DNA of 64,000 bases from Bacteroidales bacterium M8 (GCA_001689495.1 LUJS01000043.1:21095-85094); one strand, 5' to 3'. Positions 17,188-26,823 are shown, counted from the stretch's first letter. Made by a program: numbers and translations. Notes: generated from the sequence alone by a model not told the origin.

Positions 17188-17985
17188 TTACCATCGGTTT
17201 ATGATCTCGGCCTCGCGAAAACGCATGTAGGCGAGCGTGTAGTTGAACAGTATGACTATCGCCGAGAAGATGCCTATCGGCAGCGACGGGTCGTGAAATC
17301 CGACAGGAATCTGCTGATGGTCGAACATGAAGCTGATGTACTGGACGAAACCGGTTGTCATGTACACGACCCATATCAACCAGACCGTGGCCAGAGTCTT
17401 GAGGAAGTGGTGGTTGCTCCAGACCACGGCGCCGAGCAGGAAGAACGACTGCTGGGTCAGGAACGTCAACAGTAGTATCCACAACATATTGTCGGGGAGT
17501 CCCAAGACTCCCGGCTCACCCTTGAGTATCTCCCACCAGTCCATGAACTCGGCCGGACACCATAGGACATATCGGGTCATGAGCACCCTGCAGGCATCGG
17601 CCAGAACGGCACTCGCAAAGCCCCAGACTATGAACAGCGGCACCACGGCCAGCCATCGCATCAGGAATTGCTCGAACTGCGAGGCGGGACAGGTGAGCGT
17701 GGCGAGGGCCGTGGTCGGCTTGCCCAGCGACTTGAACGCCGACGAGGTCATCACCAGCCCCCAGATGGCAAATATCACCACGAACCATCCGGTCTCGGTG
17801 GGTTGCGGAATGTGCAGCCCGAATCTGCTTTCGCGGGCGTACGAGAGGCCGCACATCAGTGCCACGGCTATGAACACGGCCGTGAGCGACAGTGAGGTGA
17901 GCAGTAGGGAGCGGCGCTGCTCGATGAAGTATTTGTTGCACAGCCGGCCGAATCTGGCGGGGCTGAATATCCGGTCTGAACTCAT
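17188..17985 (-). CDS. ABC-2-like integral membrane protein
   Basis: About 6 TM segments. 4-nt overlap with the upstream ABC ATPase gene. Confidence 0.65.
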   Translation of the reverse strand: MSSDRIFSPARFGRLCNKYFIEQRRSLLLTSLSLTAVFIAVALMCGLSYARESRFGLHIPQPTETGWFVVIFAIWGLVMTSSAFKSLGKPTTALATLTCPASQFEQFLMRWLAVVPLFIVWGFASAVLADACRVLMTRYVLWCPAEFMDWWEILKGEPGVLGLPDNMLWILLLTFLTQQSFFLLGAVVWSNHHFLKTLATVWLIWVVYMTTGFVQYISFMFDHQQIPVGFHDPSLPIGIFSAIVILFNYTLAYMRFREAEIINRW

Positions 17986-18836
17986 ATCTTATCGTTTTGG
18001 GTTGAGAATATGCGTCGTGTCTCGTCGGGGCGGTTGGTGGCGAGGGTGAAGAGCATCTCGATGTCGACATCGGTCTCGATGCCGTCGGCGTTTGGCACGA
18101 TGATGTCGGTGCCTCCGAGCGAGGGGCGTGCAAGGAGTGCCCCCGCGATCTCGGCGGGATTGTCGGTGGTGACGAACTTGAGCCGCTCGGACACTCCGGC
18201 CATGCTGCAGTCCAGCAGCACGCGGGTGTCGTCCATGATGACGACATGGTCCAGCAGTCTGTCTATGTCCCTGACCTGATGGGTCGAGATGATGATGGCC
18301 TTGTCGTCGGTCATGTTCCCTGCGATGAAGCGCCTGAAAGCCTCCTTGCCGGGTATGTCGAGGCCGTTGGTGGGCTCGTCCATAAGCAGCAGCGATGTGT
18401 TGCAGGCAAGGGCGAAGCTCATGAACACCTTCTTTTTCTGGCCCATCGACAGACGCCCGAGGTTGACGTCGGTGGTCATGCCGAATGTCTCGAGGTGGCG
18501 GGCCATGTCCTCGGTCGAGAACTGCGGATAGAGCGGCGCGTTGGCCTTGACATAATCCCGGAGCCTTATCTGCGGCAGGTCGAGCACCTCGGGCACAATG
18601 AATATGTCTGACAAAGTCTCGGGCAGACGGCGACGGGTGTCGATGCCCTTGAACAACACCTTACCCTTGCCCGGGGTCAGAGCGCCCGCCATCAGGCAGA
18701 GCAGTGTGGACTTGCCTACGCCGTTGCGCCCCAGCAAACCGTAGACCCCGCCGGCATTGATGGTCAGCGAGAAGTCCTGAAGCACCGGTTGTCCCTTGCG
18801 CTTGTACGAGAATGTGAGATTGTTTACTTCAAGCAT
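17982..18836 (-). CDS. ABC transporter ATP-binding protein
   Basis: Walker A GRNGVGKST, signature LSMGQKKK, Walker B LLLMDEPTNGLD. Confidence 0.9.
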   Translation of the reverse strand: MLEVNNLTFSYKRKGQPVLQDFSLTINAGGVYGLLGRNGVGKSTLLCLMAGALTPGKGKVLFKGIDTRRRLPETLSDIFIVPEVLDLPQIRLRDYVKANAPLYPQFSTEDMARHLETFGMTTDVNLGRLSMGQKKKVFMSFALACNTSLLLMDEPTNGLDIPGKEAFRRFIAGNMTDDKAIIISTHQVRDIDRLLDHVVIMDDTRVLLDCSMAGVSERLKFVTTDNPAEIAGALLARPSLGGTDIIVPNADGIETDVDIEMLFTLATNRPDETRRIFSTQNDKI

Positions 18837-18841
18837 TTAAT

Positions 18842-18863
18842 GTGTATTAGTATTATAGTACAC
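18842..18863. promoter_or_regulatory. candidate YtrA/GntR operator GTGTA-N12-TACAC
   Basis: Inverted pentamers at 18842-18846 and 18859-18863, between the -7 box and the start codon of the operon that encodes the GntR regulator. Confidence 0.4.
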
Positions 18864-18865
18864 CG

Positions 18866-18873
18866 CAAAGGTA
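18866..18873 (-). promoter_or_regulatory. -7 box TACCTTTG (ABC/YtrA operon)
   Basis: Plus-strand caaaggta, 30 nt upstream of start 18836. Confidence 0.5.
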
Positions 18874-18936
18874 TGCGTATTTTTCGAAATTGCAAAATTT
18901 TTCGGGCAAAAAAATGCTTGGGTGTCAAATTTTTAG

Positions 18937-18944
18937 TATATTTG
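18937..18944 (+). promoter_or_regulatory. -7 box TATATTTG (TonB_C protein)
   Basis: Exact motif 20 nt upstream of ATG 18964. Confidence 0.45.
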
Positions 18945-18963
18945 CCCGAAAGGAATCAAAATT

Positions 18964-19605
18964 ATGAAGACAGCCAATCTTTTGTTGCTTTTTGCAGCCA
19001 TGCATGTCGGCACCGTCAGCGCCGCCGACACTTGTGCCGCCGACACCATTCCGGTCATGGAGCTGCGTTATCCCCTCACGGAGAACGATTGCAATGACTC
19101 GTTCATCTATCTCAACGACCGGTATTATTCGAACGGGTATGCCAAGGACATCGACTCACATTCCATAGAGAAAATCGAGATCAAGCCTGACCAATATGGC
19201 AACAAGGCCATCTTCATGACCATGCCACAGGCCGTGGTCGACTCATTGTTCGCCGCCCGCGAGGCCGCATCCCGCGGCGTGTTTGGCGAGTATCCTTACC
19301 CCCGTTGGGAGTTCCCCGGCGGAAACGGCAAGCTGGTTGAATGGCTCAACGAGAACATCCGCTATCCCGAGGGCTTCACCGGGAGCAAGCGAGTGATGGT
19401 GGATGCCAAGATGCAGACAGACGGGACCGTCGTGTTCCGGAAAATCGCACGCGGAGGCGAGAACGAGGCACTGAACAAGGAGGCCGAGCGCCTCATAGGC
19501 ATAATGCCCAAGTTCAGGGTCAAATACTATCTCCCCGAAAAGAAGCCCTTCAACATCATCATTCCCATCACCTTCACCGCCCCCGGCACGGTGTTCATAA
19601 GATAG
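18964..19605 (+). CDS. TonB C-terminal-domain protein (secreted)
   Basis: Signal peptide. C-terminal EFPGGNGKLVEWLNENIRYPE...IIIPITF matches the TonB_C fold pattern. Confidence 0.7.
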   Translation: MKTANLLLLFAAMHVGTVSAADTCAADTIPVMELRYPLTENDCNDSFIYLNDRYYSNGYAKDIDSHSIEKIEIKPDQYGNKAIFMTMPQAVVDSLFAAREAASRGVFGEYPYPRWEFPGGNGKLVEWLNENIRYPEGFTGSKRVMVDAKMQTDGTVVFRKIARGGENEALNKEAERLIGIMPKFRVKYYLPEKKPFNIIIPITFTAPGTVFIR

Positions 19606-19609
19606 CAGG

Positions 19610-22048
19610 TCACCTCACCCTCATCACCGCGAAGGAGTAGGGTGGCAGGGTGACATGGGGCAGGGTGAGGGTTGTCTCGGTGGGGATGGCCTTGCTGTCG
19701 GCGGGGTGGCCGGTGAGGATAGTGGCCCTGACGCTGCCGGCCCTGATGCCGAGGGGCGAGAGGTCTATGTCGCCGCGCGCCTCGACGGGGAGCAGGTTCA
19801 CGATCTTGACGATATGTTCGCCCGTTGCCTCGTCGCGTGTCACGGACATGCCCACGCGGCGGGTCACGTCGTCGTTGTCGCTGTCGACCTTGAGGGGAGC
19901 GGGGATGTAGCGCGTGCCGGCATTGTTGCCGAAGAGCCGCTGCACGTGATAGTCTACGGTGGGCTTGACCGAGTCGTTGGTGAAGTATATCAGGTCGGGA
20001 CGCCACTGCGTGTGCCCCTCCTTGGCCAGCAGCGGCGCGTATGACGTCATATCGACCACGTCGCCGTTGCGCTCTACCGAGGTCAGGTACAGCGCCTCGG
20101 CCAGCGCCGTCTCGACATTGCTCGGGCGTCCGGGCAGATGCGCCGCATATTCGCCCAGATATACCTTGGTGCCGCCGCGGCGATAGCCGTCATAATAGTC
20201 CTGATTGTGTATCATCCACGCGGGGTCGACATAATAGTGCTCGTCGACCATCGGAATCTCCAGCTTCTCGGCCAGTCGCCAACCGGCGTCATAGTCCGAG
20301 CCCTCGTAAAATGGGCCGACGGTGCCCACGACCGTAATCTCGGGGTAGCGGGCGCGAATGGAATCGTAAATCATGCGGAATCGGGGCTCGAACACCTCGG
20401 AGATAAGATCCTCGTTGCCGATGCCGAGATACTTGAGGTTGAACGGCTCGGGGTGTCCCGCCTCGGCGCGACGTGCGCCCCACTCGGTTGTGACGTCGCC
20501 GTTGGCATATTCTATCAGGTCGAGCACATCCCGGATGTATGCGTCCATCTCGTCCATCGGAATGCCGCACTGCTGACCGAGGGCCGTGAGGGGATGGTCT
20601 GAATGGTGCGACACCATGCTCGAGTTCTGGCAGGGCACGCCTGCGGCAAGCACGGGGAGGGGCTCGGCGCCGAGATCCTCGCAAAACAGGAAGTATTCGT
20701 GGTATCCCAGACCGCGTGTCTGGTGATAGTTCCATAGGTTGCGCAGCGGTTTGCGGGCCTCGAGGGGACCGACGGAGCCTTTCCAGTCATAGATGTTGTC
20801 TATGCCGTTGCCGTGGGCCACGCAGCCGCCCGGAAAGCGCACGAACTTTGGTTTGAGGTCGGCGAGGGTCTGCGCCAGATCGGCCCTGAGGCCGTTGTGG
20901 CGCCCGTGGAATGTCTTTTCTGGGAACAGCGACACCATGTCGACGTCGGCATCGGTCGCTTTGGGGAACATCAGGTTGAGACGGGCACCGGATACGCTGT
21001 GCTTGGCCCGGAGCGTGGCCGTACAGTGCTGCCAGCCGTCCGCGCCTTTGGCTTTAATGGTGCCCGAGGCCACGGTCCTGCCGTCGGGGTCTGTCAGCGT
21101 CACGGCCACCCTGAGCGGGCGCGGAGTGCGCAGGGCCACGTCGAGCAGGTATCTGTCACCTTTTTTCAGCGACATGCCGTCATATCCGGCGTTGGTCAGC
21201 GTCACCTCGCCGTCGATGGACATATAGTGCGGATTGTTGGGGTGTATGGGCGCCGCCGAGTCTATTGCGGCCGTGCCCGCTCCGGCCGTGGCCCACGAGT
21301 GTGTCGCGCACCATTCGGGGTCGCCCTTGCGGTCGGATGGGGTGTATTCGAAGTCGCGGTTCTGCACCAGCTCGGCATACAGTCCGCCGTCGGCGGCATA
21401 GTTGATGTCCTCGAAGAATATGCCTATCAGCTTGTCCGTGATGGGATAAGCCTTGTCTGGCTGTGCGGTGGCCGAGAATGTGACCGGGCCGAGCCCCGCA
21501 AACCGCCTGCCGTCATCCACGGCGTGCTGCGAATGACGCGCACCGAGGGCGTTGCGCTCGGCGACAAACCTCTCGAGGCGGCGAGCGAAATCATCTGAGA
21601 TCTCCTGACGGTATCCCCTGACCATCGCCCCATCAATGACGGTCGAGTCGGGCGTGACGGGCGACAGCGGACGCATGTCGCGCGGCAGGTCGTGGGGACT
21701 GGCGAAATATCTCTGCGGCTGCCACTTCCGCAGGTCGGGCGACACGGCCACGGCGGTCACCGCCCCGTCGGCAGTCGCCGTCCAGACACATGTCCACATC
21801 GAGTCGGCGGCGTTGACGAACAGGCGTGGCGAGAACATCTTCTTTCCTTCGCCCCACGGGCCGAAGTCCGAGCTGACAAAGTTGAACTTCTCGCCCAGCG
21901 GACGCCACTCCTCACCCACGGCATCGCGCAGGGCCAGACGCAGGCCCGACCTGCCGTCGGGTGTCGAATATGAGAAAAGCTCCCCGGCCGTCGAGCCGAA
22001 AGCGGCGAGCGAGGCGACCAATATCGCCAATATATGTCTGTATTTCAT
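19610..22048 (-). CDS. alpha-L-arabinofuranosidase, GH51, with N-terminal extension
   Basis: FVRFPGGCVAHGNG...YLGIGNEDL (GH51 acid/base region). Signal peptide starts at internal Met MKYRHILAILVASLAA, so the start is placed at 22048 rather than 22081. Confidence 0.85.
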   Translation of the reverse strand: MKYRHILAILVASLAAFGSTAGELFSYSTPDGRSGLRLALRDAVGEEWRPLGEKFNFVSSDFGPWGEGKKMFSPRLFVNAADSMWTCVWTATADGAVTAVAVSPDLRKWQPQRYFASPHDLPRDMRPLSPVTPDSTVIDGAMVRGYRQEISDDFARRLERFVAERNALGARHSQHAVDDGRRFAGLGPVTFSATAQPDKAYPITDKLIGIFFEDINYAADGGLYAELVQNRDFEYTPSDRKGDPEWCATHSWATAGAGTAAIDSAAPIHPNNPHYMSIDGEVTLTNAGYDGMSLKKGDRYLLDVALRTPRPLRVAVTLTDPDGRTVASGTIKAKGADGWQHCTATLRAKHSVSGARLNLMFPKATDADVDMVSLFPEKTFHGRHNGLRADLAQTLADLKPKFVRFPGGCVAHGNGIDNIYDWKGSVGPLEARKPLRNLWNYHQTRGLGYHEYFLFCEDLGAEPLPVLAAGVPCQNSSMVSHHSDHPLTALGQQCGIPMDEMDAYIRDVLDLIEYANGDVTTEWGARRAEAGHPEPFNLKYLGIGNEDLISEVFEPRFRMIYDSIRARYPEITVVGTVGPFYEGSDYDAGWRLAEKLEIPMVDEHYYVDPAWMIHNQDYYDGYRRGGTKVYLGEYAAHLPGRPSNVETALAEALYLTSVERNGDVVDMTSYAPLLAKEGHTQWRPDLIYFTNDSVKPTVDYHVQRLFGNNAGTRYIPAPLKVDSDNDDVTRRVGMSVTRDEATGEHIVKIVNLLPVEARGDIDLSPLGIRAGSVRATILTGHPADSKAIPTETTLTLPHVTLPPYSFAVMRVR

Positions 22049-22130
22049 GGTGCGGGTATTAATGACGTGGGGACGATACAAGGAGACCGAAAGAATACAT
22101 GATCGTCGTGGCAGCTAATGGCTTGCCATG

Positions 22131-22394
22131 TTAAACCGTGATTATGGATTTGCCGAAATATGTGGAGAGCATGGCGAGGGTTGAGATGTTGAAGTTGTAC
22201 TGTCCGCTGAGCCATTGGGTGATTTCACTCGGACGACGGCCCAATGCATCGGCAAACTGTTTCTTGGACAGTCCGCGCTCTTGCATCAGGTCATATATGC
22301 GGTCGGATATTGCAAAGCTGAGTCTTGCACTCTCTCTTTCTTCCTCAGGTATTTCCGCAAACAGGCGAGGGAGTAGGTCTAAGTTCTCTTTCAT
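22131..22394 (-). CDS. XRE-family HTH antitoxin (HigA-like)
   Basis: 87 aa with LSKKQFADALGRRPSEITQWLSGQ. 4-nt overlap with the upstream small ORF. Lies in an AT-rich patch. Confidence 0.75.
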   Translation of the reverse strand: MKENLDLLPRLFAEIPEEERESARLSFAISDRIYDLMQERGLSKKQFADALGRRPSEITQWLSGQYNFNISTLAMLSTYFGKSIITV

Positions 22395-22861
22395 AGCTCA
22401 AAAGTTTTATCCGTGTCTATTATATTCTCGGTTATCACTACCGAACCGTCCTTGATGCCGGATTTGAGTAATTCCTCGAACTTTTGCAGGGTTACGACGT
22501 ATCCCTGAAGCTCATTGTCTTCCTCATAAGTCCGGGTTGTCTTTACGCCCCCGTTGCCGAGAATTATTATCTTGTCCGACAGCCGCAGGGCATAGAGGCG
22601 CAGTTTGGATCGTAAGGTCGGGAGTGCCACAACCGAATCGCGCATCTTACCCTCGTTGCGGAAGTAGCGCTCAAGAGCTCCGCGCTCAATTATCTGCTCG
22701 ACATATCGTATAATGGCACGATAATCGGCATTTAACTGAGAATCCTCTCTGAATTTGGCGACAAATTTGTTGAACTCATCCAATTCATCACCGAGGAACC
22801 GAATGGTATAGACAGTACACTTGTCGCTGTTGTTAAGGAGTATGAGTTCGACTTCGCTCAT
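22391..22861 (-). CDS. putative toxin, Gp49/HigB(RelE)-like with long N-terminal extension
   Basis: C-terminal half LRLYALRLSDKIIILGNGGVKTTRTY resembles the Gp49-like HigB core. A -7 box at 22892-22899 lies inside the longer ORF-track model, so the start is set at ATG 22861 (MSEVELILL). Confidence 0.5.
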   Translation of the reverse strand: MSEVELILLNNSDKCTVYTIRFLGDELDEFNKFVAKFREDSQLNADYRAIIRYVEQIIERGALERYFRNEGKMRDSVVALPTLRSKLRLYALRLSDKIIILGNGGVKTTRTYEEDNELQGYVVTLQKFEELLKSGIKDGSVVITENIIDTDKTFEL

Positions 22862-22891
22862 GTTTAGTATCTTGTGTTTGATATTATAACG

Positions 22892-22899
22892 CAAAGATA
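22892..22899 (-). promoter_or_regulatory. -7 box TATCTTTG (toxin-antitoxin pair)
   Basis: Plus-strand caaagata, 31 nt upstream of ATG 22861. Confidence 0.5.
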
Positions 22900-22940
22900 C
22901 GATAAAAATTTCACTTTTTGCACTCTGTCAATACTCTATG

Positions 22941-25769
22941 TCACTGAATATAGGTGGAATGGGGGTGATTTTTTGCGTTATTGAGGAAGTCGAAGATGAG
23001 TTTTATTCTCAGGCCTTTGTCGCCGGGGTTGAGGCGGATGTTGGGGGCCTGGGCCTGTGGGCCGAGCTGGGTGACGGGTTTGTATGACTGCATCGGGGGA
23101 ATTTCGAGCAGAAACGAGATGTCTCCCTCGGGGAACGGCATCATCGTGTCCTTGCCGTCGCGGCGGGCGGCGGGCTCCTGCGGCGTGAACACGCGCATGT
23201 ACAGGCCGTCGGTGGCCGAGTAGACCGTGAACGGCGCGGTCTGCGATTCGATCGTTGCCCAGTACACGTTGCCGTGATAGCCCTTGAATTCGGGATAGAC
23301 AAGGCGTCCCTCAGATTCGCCCGTCACGGTGTTGTTATACTCCTTGTGCCACACTCCCGGCTCCATGCCACGCTGGCGGTTGCGCCACACCCTGTAGGGG
23401 CCGCGTCCCAACCATCTCATGCCGCTCACGCCCTCTTCGGGGCAGGTGAAGGTCAGTCCGAAGCTGCGCACCTCGTTGTCGAAGAACCGTCCCTTGTATC
23501 CGTGCCCCCTGCGGTCGTTGAGCATCACCGCGTCCATGCCGAGCAGTCCGGCGGGAGTCATGCGCCACTCTATTGAGTCGATGGCGCCCCTGTATCGGGC
23601 CACGATCACGGCATCTTTTCCCTCCTGATGTCCCGACATGGACATCAGCTCGGCCTTCATCCCAACGGGCACGGGGCCGCCGCCGAAGGGGAGGGGAGTG
23701 CCGTCGCGGACAATCGAGGCGATACGCCCCGAGCGGGGGTCGAACGTCACCGTCAGGCTGTTGGCGCTGAGGGTCGAGTCCGTGGCCACGGCCTTGCCTG
23801 AGGCCGAGGGGAGCGTGTGGGCCGCGAGATATTGGTCGGCATACCTCACGGGCATGGTGCGGACGTTTATGGTGTCTCTTTTTTCGTCAAGGATGGTCAG
23901 GCGCAGCAGGTCGGCCTTGTCGAGCCCCTCGGGTATGCCGAGGCTGACGTTGCGCCTCTCGCCGGGCATTATGCCGGGCATCGGACACGAGCCCGAGGCG
24001 ACGGTCTGCTCATAGTCACCCTCGGCCGGAGTCGGCACCGTCAGCAGCCGCCACTCCATGACGATGCCGTCGAGACTGCGCGACAGATAGCCGTTGCCGA
24101 TGGTGAGCGTGCCGTCCCACGCGGGCGTCACGGCCACGGGCTCGATGGTGACGGGCGACCAGACGTCGCGGATGGTGTACCAGCTCGCCTCTTTCTCTCT
24201 GTACGGGCCCACGATGCCGTCCGGGCCGTTGGGGCCGTCGGTGTCGATGCGGCCGTCGCGGTCGCGGCGCTCTATCCCCTCGTCGGCCCATGCCCAAATG
24301 AAGCCACCGGCAAAGCGCGGATTCTGCGACCAGTTGCTCCAGAATCCGTCGAGCGACGTGCCCGCGCCCTTGTCATATTGAGCGTGCAGGAACTCGGTGG
24401 GCATGAACACGTCATATCCGTTGCCCAGTCGCGCCACGCCGGTCTGATATGCGGGATAGTGATGTGCGTCGACCCCGTTGCGCGAGGCCCAAGCATAGAT
24501 GACGTGGCGTCCCTGAGGGTCGTAGGCCGCGAATGTCGGCTCGAGGGCATAGTTGTAGCCTCCCTCGTTGCCGTTGCTCCACGCGAATATGCAGGGCCGG
24601 TTGACGTCGCGCGTCAGCATCTCGCGCAGTATGCGGCCACCCTCGGCGGTCGAGTATGCGTTCTGCCATCCCGGCAGTTCGTTGAGATAGAGCACGCCGA
24701 GCGAGTCGCAGACCTCGAGCAGATGACTGTCGGGCGGGTAGTGCGAGCGTATAGCGTTGGCGTTCATCCCCTTGATGAGCCTGACATCCTCGATGTCGCG
24801 CTTCTTGCTGCCCGTGCGGCCTGTCTCGGGATAGAAACAGTGGCGGTTTACCCCCTTGACAGTCAGCTTGCGGCCGTTGAGATAGAATCCGTCGCGCTCC
24901 CTGAACTCGATGGTGCGGAATCCCGTGCGCTCCGTAACCGCGTGGGCCACGGTGCCGTCAGGCCCCGTCAGCTCGAACCTGACGTCGTATAGCGCGGGTG
25001 TCTCGGGGTGCCACGGCGAGATGCCGTCAAAGCTCACCGATACCCTCTGGCTGTCCGTGGCGCACAATGCGGCCTCGCGGGTCTGTCCGGCGGCAGTGAC
25101 GCGCAGTCGCGAGCCGGGTGCGAGGTTGTCGGTGATGAGGTCGAGTGTCAGGCTGCCGTCGTGTCGCGGATCGAGGGCCACGCGGCGTATGCGCGTCAGA
25201 GGGGTGACACGCAGGTAAACCGGACGGTATATGCCCCCGAATAGCCACCAGTCGGCCTTGCGTTCGGCGGCGTTGATGCTCCTGTCCGACGACTCCTTGT
25301 CAACCCTGACCTCGAGGGTGTTCCTGCCGCTCTTTATAAGCGGAGTTATGTCATATTCGAATTGCGTGAAGCCCCCGCGGTGCGTGGGGCCTGCGCTGCG
25401 GCCGTTCACGGTAACGGTGGCATCGGTCATGACGCCCTCGAACACCAGCTCGACCCTCTTGCCTCGCCAGTCGCGCGGGACATTGAACGTGGTGCGATAC
25501 AGACCCGACTCTCGCGCGGGCTCCGAGCCCGGGCGGTCGTGATAATAGCGGCCATAGGTATATGCTCCGAAACCCTCCTGCTCCCAGCACGAGGGCACGT
25601 GTATCTTGGACCAGCGGCCGGAGTTCATTCCGTCCGTGCACTTGAAGTCCCAGACTGTGGCGTCGTCATCACCCCATCCCGAAAGGGGAACAATCACCGT
25701 TGTCCCGGCATGGCTCCACAGCCAGACCGGGATAACGATGAGTAAGCTCAATACATAAAGTCGTTTCAC
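22941..25769 (-). CDS. glycoside hydrolase family 2 (beta-galactosidase-like)
   Basis: 942 aa with a signal peptide. Sugar-binding, Ig-like and TIM-barrel order, with NAIRSHYPPDSHLLEVCDSLGVLYLNELPGW. Confidence 0.85.
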   Translation of the reverse strand: MKRLYVLSLLIVIPVWLWSHAGTTVIVPLSGWGDDDATVWDFKCTDGMNSGRWSKIHVPSCWEQEGFGAYTYGRYYHDRPGSEPARESGLYRTTFNVPRDWRGKRVELVFEGVMTDATVTVNGRSAGPTHRGGFTQFEYDITPLIKSGRNTLEVRVDKESSDRSINAAERKADWWLFGGIYRPVYLRVTPLTRIRRVALDPRHDGSLTLDLITDNLAPGSRLRVTAAGQTREAALCATDSQRVSVSFDGISPWHPETPALYDVRFELTGPDGTVAHAVTERTGFRTIEFRERDGFYLNGRKLTVKGVNRHCFYPETGRTGSKKRDIEDVRLIKGMNANAIRSHYPPDSHLLEVCDSLGVLYLNELPGWQNAYSTAEGGRILREMLTRDVNRPCIFAWSNGNEGGYNYALEPTFAAYDPQGRHVIYAWASRNGVDAHHYPAYQTGVARLGNGYDVFMPTEFLHAQYDKGAGTSLDGFWSNWSQNPRFAGGFIWAWADEGIERRDRDGRIDTDGPNGPDGIVGPYREKEASWYTIRDVWSPVTIEPVAVTPAWDGTLTIGNGYLSRSLDGIVMEWRLLTVPTPAEGDYEQTVASGSCPMPGIMPGERRNVSLGIPEGLDKADLLRLTILDEKRDTINVRTMPVRYADQYLAAHTLPSASGKAVATDSTLSANSLTVTFDPRSGRIASIVRDGTPLPFGGGPVPVGMKAELMSMSGHQEGKDAVIVARYRGAIDSIEWRMTPAGLLGMDAVMLNDRRGHGYKGRFFDNEVRSFGLTFTCPEEGVSGMRWLGRGPYRVWRNRQRGMEPGVWHKEYNNTVTGESEGRLVYPEFKGYHGNVYWATIESQTAPFTVYSATDGLYMRVFTPQEPAARRDGKDTMMPFPEGDISFLLEIPPMQSYKPVTQLGPQAQAPNIRLNPGDKGLRIKLIFDFLNNAKNHPHSTYIQ

Positions 25770-25858
25770 GGTATCAGTTGTTGTATTGCAAAATTAGGCA
25801 TTCATGATGACTCAGACGTCCGTTTTTCTTTCAATAAACAACGATAATATGCAAACGG

Positions 25859-25881
25859 CCCCCGCATTTCTGCCGAGGGCC
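25859..25881 (-). terminator. terminator hairpin after lipoprotein paralog A
   Basis: gcccccgca-tttc-tgccgagggc, U-rich on the minus strand downstream. Degenerate copy of the 26824-26847 hairpin. Confidence 0.5.
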
Positions 25882-25908
25882 GATTATATTGCACCATGCG
25901 TGATTATC

Positions 25909-26730
25909 CTATCGGACGAAAGTGATGGCCATGCTGTTTACGCCCGTCAGGGTCGGATCTGATATGACGACTCGGGTCGGAAAACCTGTGTCGTCGAGGG
26001 TCCACGCCATGTAGTCCGTCAGGCCTTGGTCGTCCGCTCCGGTATATACTCGGCGCAGCGGCAGGTTGCGTGAGGGCTTGCCCAGCAGGCCGGCGTTGAA
26101 TGCCGGCTCGAGGTCGCCGGGATAGACCGGCAGCACCACCATCGGGGGCATCATGGCCATCATGTTTGCCATCGGGGTGTCGTGGTCGCCGTCGGTATAT
26201 GTGAACGTGAACGACGACTCGACGCCGCTGTCCATGTCCCTGACGGTCACCGCAGAGAGGTCGCCGTCGGCATAAGTGATTCTGGTCTCGCTGTTCTCGC
26301 CGCCGGTGTGCCTGACATACTCCAGCCTGTTGTCGTCGTTGTATTCCATCCACCATTCGTCGCGGGCGTTGCGGGTGTCGCGGGCATATACGGCACAGCC
26401 GTCATCGTCGAGCATCAGGTATATCTCAGACCTCGTGCCGGGCTCTTCGTTGTCCGTCCACGTCATCCGGGCCTGATAGTTGCCATCTTCCCTGAAGTTG
26501 CCGTATTCAAACTCGACAAGGCTCTCATAGTCACCCTCCGTCGTGGCCAGTCGCGTCACGCGGCCCGCGCTGTCGGTGGTGAATATGGTCTTGGAGTCCA
26601 TCACTTGGATCTCGCGAGGGAATATGGCCTCGGACTCTGCCTCGCTGCTTCCGCCTCCGCCGCACGACGTGACGGCTAACGTAATGGTGGACATGAGGCA
26701 AGCGGCGGTGAGTATGTGTTTCCTGTTCAT
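25909..26730 (-). CDS. hypothetical lipoprotein, paralog A (DUF4595-like; uncertain)
   Basis: Lipobox LAVTSCGGG from internal Met MNRKHIL. Clear paralogy with the next gene. Confidence 0.65.
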   Translation of the reverse strand: MNRKHILTAACLMSTITLAVTSCGGGGSSEAESEAIFPREIQVMDSKTIFTTDSAGRVTRLATTEGDYESLVEFEYGNFREDGNYQARMTWTDNEEPGTRSEIYLMLDDDGCAVYARDTRNARDEWWMEYNDDNRLEYVRHTGGENSETRITYADGDLSAVTVRDMDSGVESSFTFTYTDGDHDTPMANMMAMMPPMVVLPVYPGDLEPAFNAGLLGKPSRNLPLRRVYTGADDQGLTDYMAWTLDDTGFPTRVVISDPTLTGVNSMAITFVR

Positions 26731-26823
26731 CGGCTTTTCGGGTTTATGGGTGTTGTCACGGCAAAGATAATACAAAATCCGATACCGTCAAAGACCTGCA
26801 GGGCGGCTTGATGATGCAAAACA

